A stretch of DNA of 64,000 bases from Azolla caroliniana (lineage: Eukaryota; Plantae; Polypodiophyta), in NCBI GenBank assembly GCA_043228905.1, contig JBHGNT010000010.1, positions 13,020,001 to 13,084,000 of the forward strand. Reading direction: 5' to 3'. Below, in pieces: positions 47,593 to 61,073 of the stretch (position 1 is its first letter; every line of letters begins with the position of its first letter). The notes under the pieces are model-generated. The model saw nothing but the letters and a program-made list of their open reading frames with translations, was not told the DNA's origin and searched no databases. The position numbers and the translations under genes were made by a program.

Positions 47593-49478
47593 GCAAGGTC
47601 CATATCCTCTATTGTTGTGATGACCATGGTTACAGACTGCTCATATTAAACAAAACTGGCAGAAGAACAATATTACGTTCCAAAGAGGGAAAACTAAGGT
47701 GAGAGTACCAACACAACCCCATGCAGGCCCAAGCAAGGAAGTAACATGTTGTATGCCAAAAGCGTGAACATGCTGGAAGGGCTTGCCGATGAAGAGGTAG
47801 CTCGATACCTCGAGGAGAACCCAAAGATGTTGCCCCTCTGTTTGAAGTAGATGTTGCTGAAGCGGGCTCCCCATATATCGTGCACCTAGATGATGTCGGT
47901 GAAGAGCCGGATCGGGACGCAATTCGGGAACTACGCCAAGCACAAGAAGCCCTAGAGCGGGAGATGGCAGTATGACAACGAGTGAAAGCATCACAGTTGG
48001 AAGAAGTGAATTTAGGAACTGGGGAAGAAACAAGACCGGTACATATGGCCAAAGAAATGCCACCTGAGGAGAAATTGGCAATGGTAACATTATTGAAAGA
48101 ATTCCGGGATGTATTTGCGTGGTTGTTTGAAGTAGATGTTGCTGAAGCAGGCTCCCCATATATTGTGCACCCGGATCATGCCGATGAGGAACCAGATCGG
48201 GACGCAATTTAGGAACTACGCCAAGCACAAGAAGCCCTTGAGCGGGAGATGGCAGTATGACAACGGGTGAAAGCATCATAGTTGGAAGAAGTGAATTTAG
48301 GAACTGGGGAAGAAACAAGACCAGTACATATGGCCAAAGAAATGCCACCTGAGGAGAAATTGGCAATGGTAACATTATTGAAAGAATTCCGGGATGTATT
48401 TGCGTGGTTGTTTGAAGTAGATGTTGCTGAAGCAGGCTCCCCATATATTGTGCACCCGGATGATGCCGATGAGGAACCAGATCGGGACGCAATTCAGGTA
48501 CTACGCCAAGCACAAGAAGCCCTTGAGCGGGAGATGGCAGTATGACAACGGGTGAAAGCATCACAGTTGGAAGAAGTGAATTTAGGAACTGGGGAAGAAA
48601 CAAGACCGGTACATGTGGCCAAAGAAATGCCACGTAAGGAGAAATCGGCAATGGTAACATTATTGAAAGAATTCTGGGATGTATTTGCGTGGTCATATGA
48701 GGACATGCGGAGACTGGTCCCGCAATTGTATCAGCACCAGATCCATTTGAGCAAGGGTGCGAAACCGGTAGCATAGAGACGTTACTGGATGAATCCAAAT
48801 TATGTGGCTAAAGTGGAGGAGATGGATAAGTTGATGCGGGTCGGTTTCATCCGGCTGGTGAAGAAGGCCACCTGGTTAAGCCCAATTGTGGTAGTACCTA
48901 AGAAAAATGGAAAAATCTGGGTCTCTGTAGATTACCGAAAATTAAACGTTGCCACTGTCGCCGATGCATTTTCGCTTCCATTCACAGATGGAGTCTTGGA
49001 TGCGGTGGCGGGTCACGAGATGTATAGTTTCCTCGACGGATACAAGGGGTATAACCAAATCAGTATGCACCCGAAGACCAGGAGAAAACAACGTTCGTAA
49101 CCGAATGGGGAGTCTTCGTAGTGGTCGTGATGATGTTCAAACTAAAGACGGCACCCACAACGTTCAAGCGAATCATCATGGAAATTTTCAAGGATTTTAT
49201 CCCAACATTTATGTAGGTGTTCTTAGATGACTTTGCGGTCTATAACAGGAAAGGAGGAGATCTTTAGTATCTCCTGTTTTGCCTGGAAAAATGCAGAGGT
49301 TACCGACTAAGTTTGAATCTGGTGAAATGTGTATTCGCGGGTAACCAACGACATGCTACTAGGTCATATCGTTAGTAAGGATGGGATTGCGGTGGACCCG
49401 GATAAAGTTAAAGCCATTTTGGAAGCACCTGCACCGACGACCACCAAAGCTTTAAGCCGGCTTTTAGGACAGATACGG
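47593..49478 (+). pseudogene. pol: E pol: protease tail, linker and RT
   Basis: WLSPIVVVPKKNGK...DYRKLN, FLDGYKGYNQI, VFLDDF. Confidence 0.85.
47839..48693 (+). repeat. 285-bp tandem triplication inside E pol
   Basis: TGTTTGAAGTAGATGTTGCTGAAGC at 47839, 48124, 48409. Confidence 0.92.
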
Positions 49479-52400
49479 TATCGAGAAGATTATGGTTGTG
49501 TGTCGCAACCGCCGGGGTTCTGTGACTCGGGGATGATTGGGCTGAAAATGCGTAATCGCATATAGTGCGATGACAAGAAGCCAAGAATTCAAGATAAATG
49601 CGACGTTGTCGCGAAAAGAATTTTATTTGTAAAACCACTTACAATATTTATTTGCCAAAAGTTACTTGGCAAGACGTGAACTCACAAACTCTATTTGAGA
49701 AGAAGCGTTTGACATAGACCACTTCAATATCTTTGGTTTCTATTTATTTGTCTTTCTCTTTCACTTTATATATACTAAATTTATATTACAAAATTTGATT
49801 ACCAAAAGAAGTTATTCGAAAAGGATTTGAACTCACGACCTTTTGTTACAAAGAGGCGTTTGACATACACCACCTCAACTTCTTCCTTTTTCTCTTTTTA
49901 TTTTATTTTATTTAAGGCTTGCCTTGATTTCTGCTAGCCACCATCTTCTTTGACGAGCTCTGCATGTTACACCCACGCGAGCTTCTTCACTCGCTTTTCC
50001 TTTCTCTTCTTCTTCCCCTTCTCCTCCTTTCCTCTTTAGCCACCATAGGCGTGGGTTTCATTTTTATTTTTATTTTTATTTTATTTTATTTTATTTATTT
50101 CTTATTTATTTATTTATTGATGCTACAATTCAATTTTATAGTTCTATATTTGAGAAATTATAGAAATAGCCCTCATTTAATTTTGCCCCCCCTTTTAACA
50201 TAATTACATTTGTGTCCCAAGTAACATTAATCCTTCCGAAGCTTGTATCTTGGGCTTATGAACTCCGATTTACGAACCGAAAATTCCTTCATGCTCCTTG
50301 TCATAAGCTCCAAATGGGAAATGTACTTCTATAGATTTTTGACATTGTTTTCACATCGTGAAATGTCAACTTTATGACACCCACCCCATCTGAACTTGCA
50401 CACCTGTGGGCGAGTTCACAAGACTTCATTTTGATCCTCTTTGAAAAATTCATTATCCTTATTTTCTCCCTTGTACCATTATGACCCTAAACCTCTCTAG
50501 AAGTCCTGTACGAAATTCCTGACATCTCGCAGTGGATGATCTCGTAGGTGCTCCCTATTTCTTTCGTGATTTGGTCGAACAGTAAGGAACTGTACCGACC
50601 TCTTCCCATCCTGGGTTGGAATCCTGGCATATGCCGCTTCGTTATCAATCAATTTAGTCTCCATTCACACTACTGTGATGTATAGTTGCCCCAGAATTAC
50701 TGGCTAAAATGACTTCTCTTGGACGAAGAAGTTTTGATCTACTGACACATCCCCAATTGTAACTTTAATATTTGGGCATGCACCACATAAATCCTCCACG
50801 AACTCAGTTGCTGCTCTCACCTTCCAACCGTGGTTCGTTTCTATTGGCCATCTCCCGTGATTGTAAAACTCAAACGATATGATATTTATCTCGTAGCCAT
50901 GGTCGATGAGTGCCACACATGGCTCCATCTAACCTCCAATTCTGACTGGAGCCTCGGTTATCGCCCGAGCCTAGTGTGTGCGGGTGTAATGGCTTCGTTC
51001 CTCTTCATGACTACATTGTATATCAGCACTCCGTACCCCGGCTAAAAATGTATTCTCCATATCTTCATCTTCCTCCCGTATCATGACGGTATTTACTCCA
51101 CCCGTTTCTTCAACCACTTGTCTTTTCCCCCGAATCACATCACTTCATGAAATTCCTTCTTCGTGATCCCTAGTACTTCTCGGAGTGTTAACTCAACTTT
51201 ACTATCGAGAAGCCTTGATTCTAACACATGCTTTAGGTCGGTGGATGTTTCGATGTAGGAGGCGAGTTTGAATGACGTGGCTATCTTTTGCTTAGCTTTG
51301 TCTTCTTTCATCACCTCCGCAGCAACTCATTCAGTTTCTCGTCTCTTTTGTTCTCAGGTCTCGGGTTTTCTAGAATGTCCCGCTTCTTCAGTTCTCCTTC
51401 TTTTTTCTTCGACTGTCACCTCGTGGGCATTCACCCCTGCTATCTTGGCGATCGCAGTGAGTGAATCTATTGGGTCATTCCACCCAGTACTACTCCGTAT
51501 CTCTTCACTAGCCTTTCGTAAGTCCTGTGGCTGGACTCTTTTGTCAATAGAGGACTTTATCACTTTTCCCCAGAATCCTGATCCAATATGGGGATCATCA
51601 ACCTTCAATCCGGAGGTAGTCAAAAAGTACATTGCCGGAACATTCTTCGGCTCTTCATCCTCCATCATTTTCTTCATTCCACCTTTGCCGAAGTTGGTTT
51701 TTAGGGGTTGTCAGGTCTCCGAGGAGTGGATTCTCCCCATTTTGATAGAAGATAATGTTTCTTTCTAACACTTCCTTATGGCTCTAACAATCCCTTTTTT
51801 GGTGCTCCGTGCTATTGCACCATATGCATCGGCGAATGAATTCACCCTTTTCTCCTTCATTGGGTTTTTGTTGAACACCCGAGCTTTCACCAGGATTCTC
51901 AAGATTTGTGAACTTGAGTTGTAGATCCCGCATTCCCTTTATCAGTTCATCAATTGTGGACTTTGGCTCCTTTCCTTTGCCAACATCTGTTCGGGTTCCT
52001 GATTCTTGTTTTGGATGTTCTCTGGCTGTTGTCTTTATTCTATTGTCATAGCCATCCTCCATCCTTAGGGCCCTCCTTCTTAGTACTCGACAAGCCTCGA
52101 GTACTTCCGCCCAATCGGACACCAAACCGGTTGTGCTTGTCTGGTATTCAAGAAGGATGGTGATATCTTTTCTAAAAGTTTTATCTGCCGCTCGGACGAA
52201 TAAATCCACCTTCTCTGATTGTAGTAGTTCTCGATCTCTTGCCGTGAGCTCCTTATATCTTTTCTCAAACTCTCTCAGCAATTCTGAAACTGAGAGTCCT
52301 TTACCCCCTTTCTCGGTCCATTCGAGAAAGCTCTTCTTTTACATTCGGGTCCGGTCGTCTAGCATGTATTCATCAAGCAATGCTTGACGGAACCCGACCC

Positions 52401-53849
52401 AATATTCACGGAATCTCTCCGATAATTCCGTTACCCTTGCTTGGACATCAAGTGTGCATACCCGATTGATATGCGAGACCATTTGTTCTCCGGTTGCCCC
52501 TCTATTGGCCATCTCCTATTCGTAGATCTCGAGGAACTGAGTGACATCCTCCCCATTAAATCTTCTTATCCTCTCGATAATTGTTTGTACCGCGAGTGTT
52601 AACTCACTTTCCATCCGGTTCATCACACTTTGTTCTTGAAGCATCTGATTCATCATCTTCATCATGAAGCTTGCCATCTCTTCATTGAAGCCCTTGTTTG
52701 TCATCTCTGTGTTGGCACCTTTATCCACTAATTTCTCTGATTTTCCTGACCTTCCCTTCGGAAAACATTAACTCCGAAACTCCCCTTGTCGACGACACTT
52801 CACCTCGGGTTCACCAAATTTGTTGTTACACTTTTAGTTCACCCACGCTTTCATGTTGGGTTCACTGAAATTTGGGTTGAGAAGATTGTGGTTGTGTGTC
52901 GCAATCGCCGGGGTTCAATGACTCGAGGATGATCGGGGTGAAAACGCGTAATCACAGATGGTGCGATGACAAGAAGCCGAGAAGGCAAGATAAATGCAAT
53001 GTTGTCGTGAAAAGAAGTTTATTTGTAAAACAACCACTTACAATATTTATTTGCCAAAAGTTACTTGGCAAGACTTGAACTCACAAACTCTATTTGAGAA
53101 GAAGCGTTTGACATAGACCACTTCAATATCTTTGGTTTCTATTTATTTGTCTTTCTCATTCACTTTATATATACTAAATTTATATTACAAAATTTGATTA
53201 CCAAAAGAAGTTATTCAAAGAGGATTCGAACTCACGACCTTTTGTTTAAAAAGAGGCATTTGACATACACCACCTCAACTTCTTCCTTTTTCTCTTTTCA
53301 TTTTATTTTCTTTAAGTCTTCTCTTGATTTTTGCAGGCAACCATCTTCTTTGGCGGGCTCTGCATGTTACACCCATGCGAGCTTCTTCACTCGCATTTCC
53401 TTTCTCTTCTTCTTCCCTTTCTCTTCCTTTCTTCTTTAGCCAGCATAAGCATGGCTTATATAGGGTGGTGAACCACCCTACCACCCTCTTGACAACCGCC
53501 TCATGAAGGTGGTTGACAAACTGCCTCATGCAAGCGGTTGTATTTTTATTTTAGTTTATTTTATTTATTTATTATTTATTTATTTATTGATGCTACAATT
53601 CAAATTTTATAGTTCTATATTTGAGAAATTATAGAAATAACCCTCATTTAATTTGTCCCCCCTTTTGACATAATTACATTTTTGTCCCAAGTAACATTAA
53701 TCCTTCTGAAGCTTGTATCTTGGGCTTATGAACTCCGATTTACGAACCGAAAATTCCTTCATGCTCCTTGTCATAAGCTCCAGATGGGAAATGTACTTCT
53801 ATAGATTTTTGACATTGTTTTCATATCGTGAAGTGTCAAGTTTCCAACA
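49479..53849 (-). mobile_element. Non-autonomous gypsy element C (gag-PR only)
   Basis: LTRs ~49479-50379 and ~52875-53849; TSD ACGG (49475-49478 / 53850-53853); Trp PBS 52799-52816; no RT or integrase. Confidence 0.88.
50500..52728 (-). pseudogene. gag: C gag-protease, disrupted
   Basis: RFNGEDVTQFL, CIWCNSTEHQKRDC, ALIDHGYEIN; homologous to A and B Gag-PR. Confidence 0.85.
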
Positions 53850-53853
53850 ACGG

Positions 53854-54622
53854 TGGTATAACCGAATGCTTTGCTACTTGGCCGACCTTGCAACACTACT
53901 ACATGCAACCGTACACTAGACACCCTTCCAATGGATGGAACTGGAGGATAGGGCATACCATGTGCTCAAAGTAATGCTGCCCCAGGCACCGGTGGTACAA
54001 TCCCCGGATTGGTCAAAGGAATTTCATGTGTTTGTGGACGCATCTAATATTGCGATTGGAAGTGTTCTTATGCAGCTCACCGAACCGAAGTGGTACCGGC
54101 CAGTTTACTACGCCAGTTAGAAGCTCTCCCAGGTAGAACGGAATTATTCTACAATGGAAAGCGAAGCCTTGGGAATGGTATACATTGTAACGAAGTACCA
54201 TCATTAGTTGTTGGGGCGAAGAGCGGTTCGGAGCGACGAAAAGGACATAATTTTACGGGAAGCTCATTGTGGAGTCGCCATAAGACACTATGCCAGAGAC
54301 GCAACGGCAAGGAATATATGTCGAAGCTGATTATGGTGGCCTGTATGCGACTTATGTCAACGAATGGGCCAATCGACAGAGCAAGCAAGGATGCCGCATC
54401 AGCTGGTGGTACCACTAGAGCTGTTTCAAAAATGGGGATTGGATTTCGTCGGACCCTTCAAGCCTCCGGCAACGACGACGGAAAGCGTGCGTCGACCAGC
54501 ACCGGAAAGGAAATGAGAAAATGTTAGGAATCGACAAGCTCGTTCTGGTATTTCAGACCTGGATGGGCAAGATGCCAGGAAAGTTACGGTTCCAGTGGAC
54601 CGGACGGTACTGGATAACGCGT
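53854..54622 (+). pseudogene. pol: E RNaseH and deleted integrase remnants
   Basis: PDWSKEFHVFVDASNIAIGSVL; KWGLDFVGPF; continues at 61867. Confidence 0.85.
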
Positions 54623-55406
54623 TGTCGTGCCTTTCGGCTCCGGATCGTTGCGTGAGTCGGGTGGGAACCACAGAGGTCTTGGACTAGGAGAAAGAAGTTC
54701 GTGAGATAGAGATTAATTATGAGTAAATAGCAAAGAGAAAGATAAGAAACTCGTGAATCACACGAGTATACTATATTAATTGGTACTTAGGGTGTTAAGA
54801 GAGAAGTAGATGTATAAATCGTGAATCCCACGAATAATTTTTGTATTGATTAATACTTAATCCAAATAATCAACAACCCTTTATATATTTCTCTCCTCCT
54901 TATATAAGGAAGGAAGAGCTAAGCATGGCTTCATGCTTTTTTTACAAAAAGTGTTCATGTCCACTAAATGTGCATGTGATGCTTTTTTATTTCCTAAGTA
55001 TAGGGCTCATGCACGCTAGATGTGCATGAGTTATTTTTAGTGTCTCGTGTTTTTCTTTTTTTTCTTTTTCATATATTAAAAAAATACACGATTTACCTTT
55101 TAATAAAGGTATGCATAAATAAAGGTCTTATATGTATTAAATCTATATTTAAAACACTTAAGATAATTTAATGTAATGGTAAGGTTGGGGTTTGTCAACC
55201 TGGAGGTGCAGAGTTCGAATCACGCCCTGCGCAGTAGTGAGTATTTCCTTTTTTTTACATTTATGTCTCTTTATCCGGCTCTTCCTTGCCGGCGTTTTCC
55301 TCCTTGCCGGTATGCCGTTTTCTTCCGGTTCTCACCGAGCACTCCATTCTCTATCCGGAGGGACAAAAATATAATTTCCACATAGTGTGCAACCTACACT
55401 ACGACA
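54623..55406 (-). repeat. B 3' LTR
   Basis: Direct repeat of 61074-61862; PPT at ~55407-55422. Confidence 0.97.
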
Positions 55407-58400
55407 CTCGCCCCCTCCAAACCCGCACATCCTCCGGTATGTGCCGAAGTTCTTGATTCTTCGTATCCGTCTTCATCCGAAGCTTCCTCCGATTCTCCCC
55501 TTATGTCGACTATGAGTTGTAATCCACTTTCTTCGCTTCCCGCATCATTGTGGTCTTCGTCCGATTGCTCCTCGTTGTCGGCCTTGACTTGGATCACATA
55601 AGGTTTGTCGTCGGTCCGCTTCTTGAAAATCTTCACCCGCTTCCCGGCTATAGGCACTCGTAGTATTGTTCCATCCAACTCGGACAGTCGGTACGTCCCG
55701 TTGTCGAAGACCTTCCGAACCTCGTACGGCCCGAACCACCTTTTCGCGAATTTCCGCATCGTTGTATGTTGATGGTCCAAGCTACTATCATAGACGATCA
55801 CCCAATCTCCTTCTTCAATCCTCCTCGGTCGTAGTCGGTGCTTTGTGTCTAACCGGCTTTTGTTCCGGAACCGTGCTTCTTGTTGTCGGCGTGACGCTTC
55901 CGCTACATCTTTCGGTCTTCCCTCCAGTTGTCGTATCCGGACCGCTAGTAGTTCTTCCCGGCTCATCTCTTCCTTCCACGGTAGTATTGTCCATGTCGCG
56001 ATTGCGGTTTCCGTTGGCATTACCGGTGCTTGTCCGGTCATGAGTTCTGCCGGCATGTAACCGGTCACGGAGCTATGCGTCGTCCGATCCGCCCATAGTG
56101 CATACGGAAGCATTTGTGGCCAATCCTTCACCCTTCCGTCGCATGCCTTCGCAAGTGCTTTCACGATCGGACTATGTCCTCGTTCGATCTTCCCGTTGGC
56201 CTCCGGATTGTAGGCCGTTGTCAACGTTAACCGAACTCCATGTTTGGCGAAGAATCCCCTAGCTTTGTCCGAGTCGAGTTCTCCCCGGTCCGCAATCACT
56301 TGTCCTACGCAGCCGTACCTACAAAACACTTCTTCCAAAAGAAATTGGCACACCGCGGCACACGTTTTCCTCCGAAGCGCTCGACCTTCAACTTGGTTTG
56401 TGAGATCTTCTCGAGCTAACACCAAGTATTTCTTTTGTCCAATCCTGGTCGGCATAGCTACAATGTCGACCATCCACTTGAAGTTGATTGTCGGTGAGAA
56501 TGTCGGATGCAGCTCATCTCGGTGTCGGACCCCGGAGTAGACTTGACATTTCTCGCAGCTTTCTGTGAACTCCGCGACATCTTTATACATGTTCTTCCAC
56601 CAATATCTTTGCTTGATTTTCACAAAAGTTGCCCATGTTCCTCGATGTCCAGCCCAATCGGATTCGTGGAACTCGGACATTATCCGGTTTCGTTGCTCTT
56701 TCATCCCGACTACTCGAAGTGGTATCCCATCCGGTCTTTTCGGCGTCCTCCATATTAAACCGTTTTCCAAGAAGAACTTTTGGACTTGCCTCTTCTTCCT
56801 TCGGATCTCGGCTCTCCTTTCTTTATCATTGGTTGAATCCTCGACCTCTTGTAGCATCTTCCCGATCATCAAGGTTTCCCCCTCGTATTCTTCTTCCCGG
56901 AATTCTCGGATCACGTTCACTCGGCATATGTGTTCTGACGTGAAGTAGTCTTCGGAAACTTCTTCATTATCTGATTCGGTTATGTCGTCTTCAAACCGCG
57001 CCCTCGATAACATGTCCGCTACCGCGTTGTCCTTCCCCGAGATGTGTCGAACCTCCGGATTAAGTGACTTGACATATGCAATCCACCTTAGCATAGCCAC
57101 ATCCGGTATCGTACAACACCGCATCATCCCGAGTATCGGAAGACAATCCGTCTCGATCACCACTTCAGCTCCGATCAAATAATCCCGATCCGATTCTATC
57201 GCCGACATGACTCCCCACAATTCTCTTTTGACTTGTGCATATCCGCGTTGCCTTTCGTTGAGGACCTTTGCTCCAAATCGGATCGGATACCGCGAACCAT
57301 CCGGGTCGGCTTGATTGATGACCCACCCGATACCGGTTGGACTTGTATCAACCGTTACTATGATTGGCCGCTCGTAGCTTGGCTTCTTAAGTGATTCCGC
57401 CCTCCATAGTGTCTTCTTGAGCTTCCTCATGGCTTTAGTGTGTTCCGGTTTCCACTCGAATTTCTTACCTTTCCGCAACAAGTGATAGAGCGGGTCCGCT
57501 ATATGTGCATAGTGCGGAATCCATATGTGATAGAATGCACACGCACCCAGAAACCTTCGGACTTCCGATGTTGACTCACATACTTCCTTCATAGCTTGAA
57601 TCGCATCGATCTTTGTTGGTGACGATCTTTGGCCGTAGGGTCCACATACATGTCCGACCACCAATATTTCTTCTTGCCCGAATGCCGATTTCTCCCCGGA
57701 AAGTGTTAGGTACACATCTTCTAGCTTTCGCAACACTTTCTCGCAATCATGAATATGGTCGACCACGAACTTTCGGCATCCCCGATCATCCATAGTCTCA
57801 TCTTTTTCTTCCACCGCGCATCCTTTCATCGGAATGTCATCTAGAAACGGCATCGTTATCTCCGGGATGCAATCTCGAAGCACCTTGTTCATCGCGTTCA
57901 TCATATGTGCAACCGAGTTTGTCGCTCCTTGTGGTAGTGTGCACATTCGAACTAGTCCTATCGGTGTCCGCATGGTAGTGATGTCTCGGCTCTCCACGGC
58001 TAGTTGGAATTGGTCATACCCCGAGTATAGGTCCCCGATGGAGTATATCGCACGTCCGGCAAAAGCTTCCGCGAATTCGTCCACTATCGGACCGACTCCC
58101 GAGTTCCGGATCGTGACCTTGTTCACCGGTTGCAAGTCTTGGATGAATCGGAGTGACCCATTCTTCTTCGGAACCGTAAACCATCGATTTGAGTACGGAG
58201 CACTTGATGGCTCTAGAATCCCCATCGCCACCTTCTCCTTGAGCAAGTCGATGACTTTCGGAATATGCGCCCGTGGCACCGGAATCGGCTTCAGGTTCCA
58301 CGGTACATGATCAATCGTGAAAATCACCATCGGCTCCACTATCTTTGGATCAATGCATCCGATCTCCCTCGATGTGAACGCGAATGCTTTGCCATGTTGC

Positions 58401-59005
58401 TCCAACATCTCTCGAAACCGTTTTTCTTCTTCTTGTAAGAGGAACCCACCTCCACCGATCCGAAGTTTCTTCCGGGTCTCATCTGTGAAGGCATGTCCGA
58501 TATCCACGGACTTCCGAAGTGTCGGATCTCCCGAGACTTCTTTCTTCTTTTGTTCGCTATCGGCAGGTAGTGGTCCCGCGGCCGGTTTCACCTTCTTCTC
58601 CACGGTCTTGTATTTCGTACTTACCATTGCTTCTTCTTTGCGGAGCGCATCCGGCCCCATTTTCGCAACGATCTCGTACATCTCGACCGATTCCACCGGG
58701 ACTACCCGGTTCCCTTGGCTTTTATCTTCCGCAAGCTCTTCAAGCCGTTGTAGTGTATTCCCATAGAACACTTCCTCGATCACTCCCACGATTTCTTCGT
58801 CTTCTTTTATTATTGATGCCGACCGTAACTTATCCTCCACTTGTCGGTATTGTTTCTTCATTCCTCCGGTTACGGCCGTGTACGTAGATGCCCCATCCGG
58901 GCCGATTCGTACTTGTTTTGCTCCGAGAGTTTTCTTCCTGTGTGGGGTATCAGGGCTTCTCGGACTATCACTTCCCCACTCCGCAACAGTCCGCTTTAAA
59001 AATCC
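55394..59005 (-). CDS. pol: B Pol (RT-RNaseH-integrase), open from the frameshift site
   Basis: 1155-aa track ORF plus 48 upstream codons to GGATTTT at 59005-58999; stop codon lies inside the 3' LTR. Confidence 0.92.
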   Translation of the reverse strand, partial: GFLKRTVAEWGSDSPRSPDTPHRKKTLGAKQVRIGPDGASTYTAVTGGMKKQYRQVEDKLRSASIIKEDEEIVGVIEEVFYGNTLQRLEELAEDKSQGNRVVPVESVEMYEIVAKMGPDALRKEEAMVSTKYKTVEKKVKPAAGPLPADSEQKKKEVSGDPTLRKSVDIGHAFTDETRKKLRIGGGGFLLQEEEKRFREMLEQHGKAFAFTSREIGCIDPKIVEPMVIFTIDHVPWNLKPIPVPRAHIPKVIDLLKEKVAMGILEPSSAPYSNRWFTVPKKNGSLRFIQDLQPVNKVTIRNSGVGPIVDEFAEAFAGRAIYSIGDLYSGYDQFQLAVESRDITTMRTPIGLVRMCTLPQGATNSVAHMMNAMNKVLRDCIPEITMPFLDDIPMKGCAVEEKDETMDDRGCRKFVVDHIHDCEKVLRKLEDVYLTLSGEKSAFGQEEILVVGHVCGPYGQRSSPTKIDAIQAMKEVCESTSEVRRFLGACAFYHIWIPHYAHIADPLYHLLRKGKKFEWKPEHTKAMRKLKKTLWRAESLKKPSYERPIIVTVDTSPTGIGWVINQADPDGSRYPIRFGAKVLNERQRGYAQVKRELWGVMSAIESDRDYLIGAEVVIETDCLPILGMMRCCTIPDVAMLRWIAYVKSLNPEVRHISGKDNAVADMLSRARFEDDITESDNEEVSEDYFTSEHICRVNVIREFREEEYEGETLMIGKMLQEVEDSTNDKERRAEIRRKKRQVQKFFLENGLIWRTPKRPDGIPLRVVGMKEQRNRIMSEFHESDWAGHRGTWATFVKIKQRYWWKNMYKDVAEFTESCEKCQVYSGVRHRDELHPTFSPTINFKWMVDIVAMPTRIGQKKYLVLAREDLTNQVEGRALRRKTCAAVCQFLLEEVFCRYGCVGQVIADRGELDSDKARGFFAKHGVRLTLTTAYNPEANGKIERGHSPIVKALAKACDGRVKDWPQMLPYALWADRTTHSSVTGYMPAELMTGQAPVMPTETAIATWTILPWKEEMSREELLAVRIRQLEGRPKDVAEASRRQQEARFRNKSRLDTKHRLRPRRIEEGDWVIVYDSSLDHQHTTMRKFAKRWFGPYEVRKVFDNGTYRLSELDGTILRVPIAGKRVKIFKKRTDDKPYVIQVKADNEEQSDEDHNDAGSEESGLQLIVDIRGESEEASDEDGYEESRTSAHTGGCAGLEGASVVV

Positions 59006-61035
59006 ATTCTCACTTGGGACAAGAGTTCCCTCTTGTTCCTTTCGTGATTTGCCGGCACCGTTAGGAATTGGACGGATTTCCCTCCGTTTTGGCTCCGAAT
59101 TCGCGCAAAAGCCGCACCACTATCGAGCACCTTCGTCTCCATCCGTGAAGCCGTGATAAAGGGTTGGCCGAGGATGACAGAATGTGAAACCTCATCCTGC
59201 ACAAAGAAATTTTGGTCAATTTCGACATCCCCGATCTTTACCGTCACATCCGGACAAGCCGCAAATAGGTCTTCTGTCGTTTTCGTGGCTGCCCCAATCT
59301 TCCATCCATGGTTGGTGTTTATAGGCCACTTCCCCTTTCGGTAGAACTCCTTGGACATCAAGTTGATCTCCGATCCGTGATCAATCAATGCTAGCACGGG
59401 TTCTTTGATGTTGCCGATTCGGACCGGAGTCTCCATAGTCGCACGTGCCCAGTGTGGCCTTGTATAGTGGGAGTTCGGAATTTCGCCTTCCACTTCGGTG
59501 TCGTTCATTGAAACGGTATTTGCATTCACCCTTGGAGCATTTTCCTCCGTACTTTGTCTCTTCCTTTTCACAAGATCCACGAGAAGATCGTGAAACTCCT
59601 TCTTCGCTATTCCGAGTAGTTCCCGCAGCGAAAAATCTACCCGGCTATCCAAGATTCTTTCCTCGAACACTCTTTTCAAGTCGGTTTGTTGTTCTATGTC
59701 CGAGGCGAGCTTGAATGCCGGAGTCGCCTTTTCTTTTCCCTTACCTCCGGAGTTCTAGCTTTCCAGTATCTTCGATGGTCCGGCCGCATCCTCCGTGCGC
59801 CGTCGTTTCTCGTTCACATACACCTCATGTAATTGACACAGGGCGTATATGCTATTCTTGTCGACAGGGCACTCCCATCCCGTAGCTTCCCGGACGCCTT
59901 CCGCGGTGTTTCGGATATCGTGGGAGTCGGTTTTCTCGGTGTTTCCTAGCACCTCCGGCCAGAAAGACGCCTTCGCTCCCGTTGACTCCCCGACACATAT
60001 TCCCGCGGTTGTCGCATAGTTGCTTCTTGCCGCTAACTCCTCCTCGAGCACCTTCTTCATGCCGCCTTTCCGGAAGTTCGGTCGGAGTGGCTTCCGAGAG
60101 TCCATCGAATGAATCCGGTTTCCCTCGTAGTAGATGAGATCCCGTCATAGCGCCTCCTTATGGTCGTCGCAATCCCTCCGATCGTGTTCGGCGCTATCGC
60201 ACCATATGCACCGTCGATCCGTATATTTGGAGCTTGTGGGGCGGTCATCCGACTTCTTCACCATCGCGATCTTTAGATTCTCCATCTCCTTCAGCAGCTG
60301 CTCCACCGTAGACGCGTCGACTCCCTTCTCGGCCGTAATCTCCCGAGCCCTCGGTTGATGGTCTTCCAGTCCCATTCTCGGTTTCGGAATCGGTTCCGAA
60401 ACCCTCTTTTCTTCGTTGGCAAGCCATTGCCCCCTCTTCGTGTACCGCGCGACGATATCCTGCACGCTTTCCCATGTTTCGGTGAGGCCGCTTTCGGTGG
60501 TCGTGTCCTCAAGAAGCACTCCGAGATCTTTCCGGTCCCGGACGTCCACAGCTCGCAAAAACATGATGACTTTGTCCGGTGCAAGAATAGTTTGATCTCT
60601 CGCGGACAACCTCCCGAACCGACTTTCGAATGTCGAAAACACTTCGAGGACCTTCAGCCCCTTACCTGACGTTTCCACCCAATCCTCGAATCCCCTCCGC
60701 GTTGCCTTGGAGGAGTCCTCGATGGCAAACGTGGTCTTTAACGCCTCTTCGAATGCTTCCCACGTCGGATTTTGTTGTTGCAACCCGTGGATACTCCCTT
60801 GAAGCCCGTCGGTCGCCACCCGGTTAAAGGATGTCACTTGCAGTCCTTCCGAAGCCCGGCACCGGAGCATCTCCGCCTTGTAGTCCTGCAAATATCGCGA
60901 CACATCCTTACCATTAAATTGCCCGTTGCGTTGCACGAGCCGCTCTACTGATGCCGAAATCTCCGACATCGTGCGTTGTTCTTGAAGCATCCGTTCGAAC
61001 ATCGCCATCATATTGTTAGCTTGTTGAGCCTCCAT
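58996..61035 (-). pseudogene. gag: B gag-protease with two in-frame stops (60145, 59755)
   Basis: Three track ORFs in one frame; CIWCDSAEHDRRDC; ALIDHGSEIN. Confidence 0.9.
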
Positions 61036-61073
61036 CTCCTTGCCACCCGTCTTCACGTCGGGTTCACCAACTG

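Noticed and set aside
47641-48798. 385-aa minus-strand ORF
   Set aside because: Antisense shadow of the in-frame 285-bp triplication in E pol
50485-50493. Second telomeric seed CCCTAAACC
   Set aside because: Single unit; expected by chance
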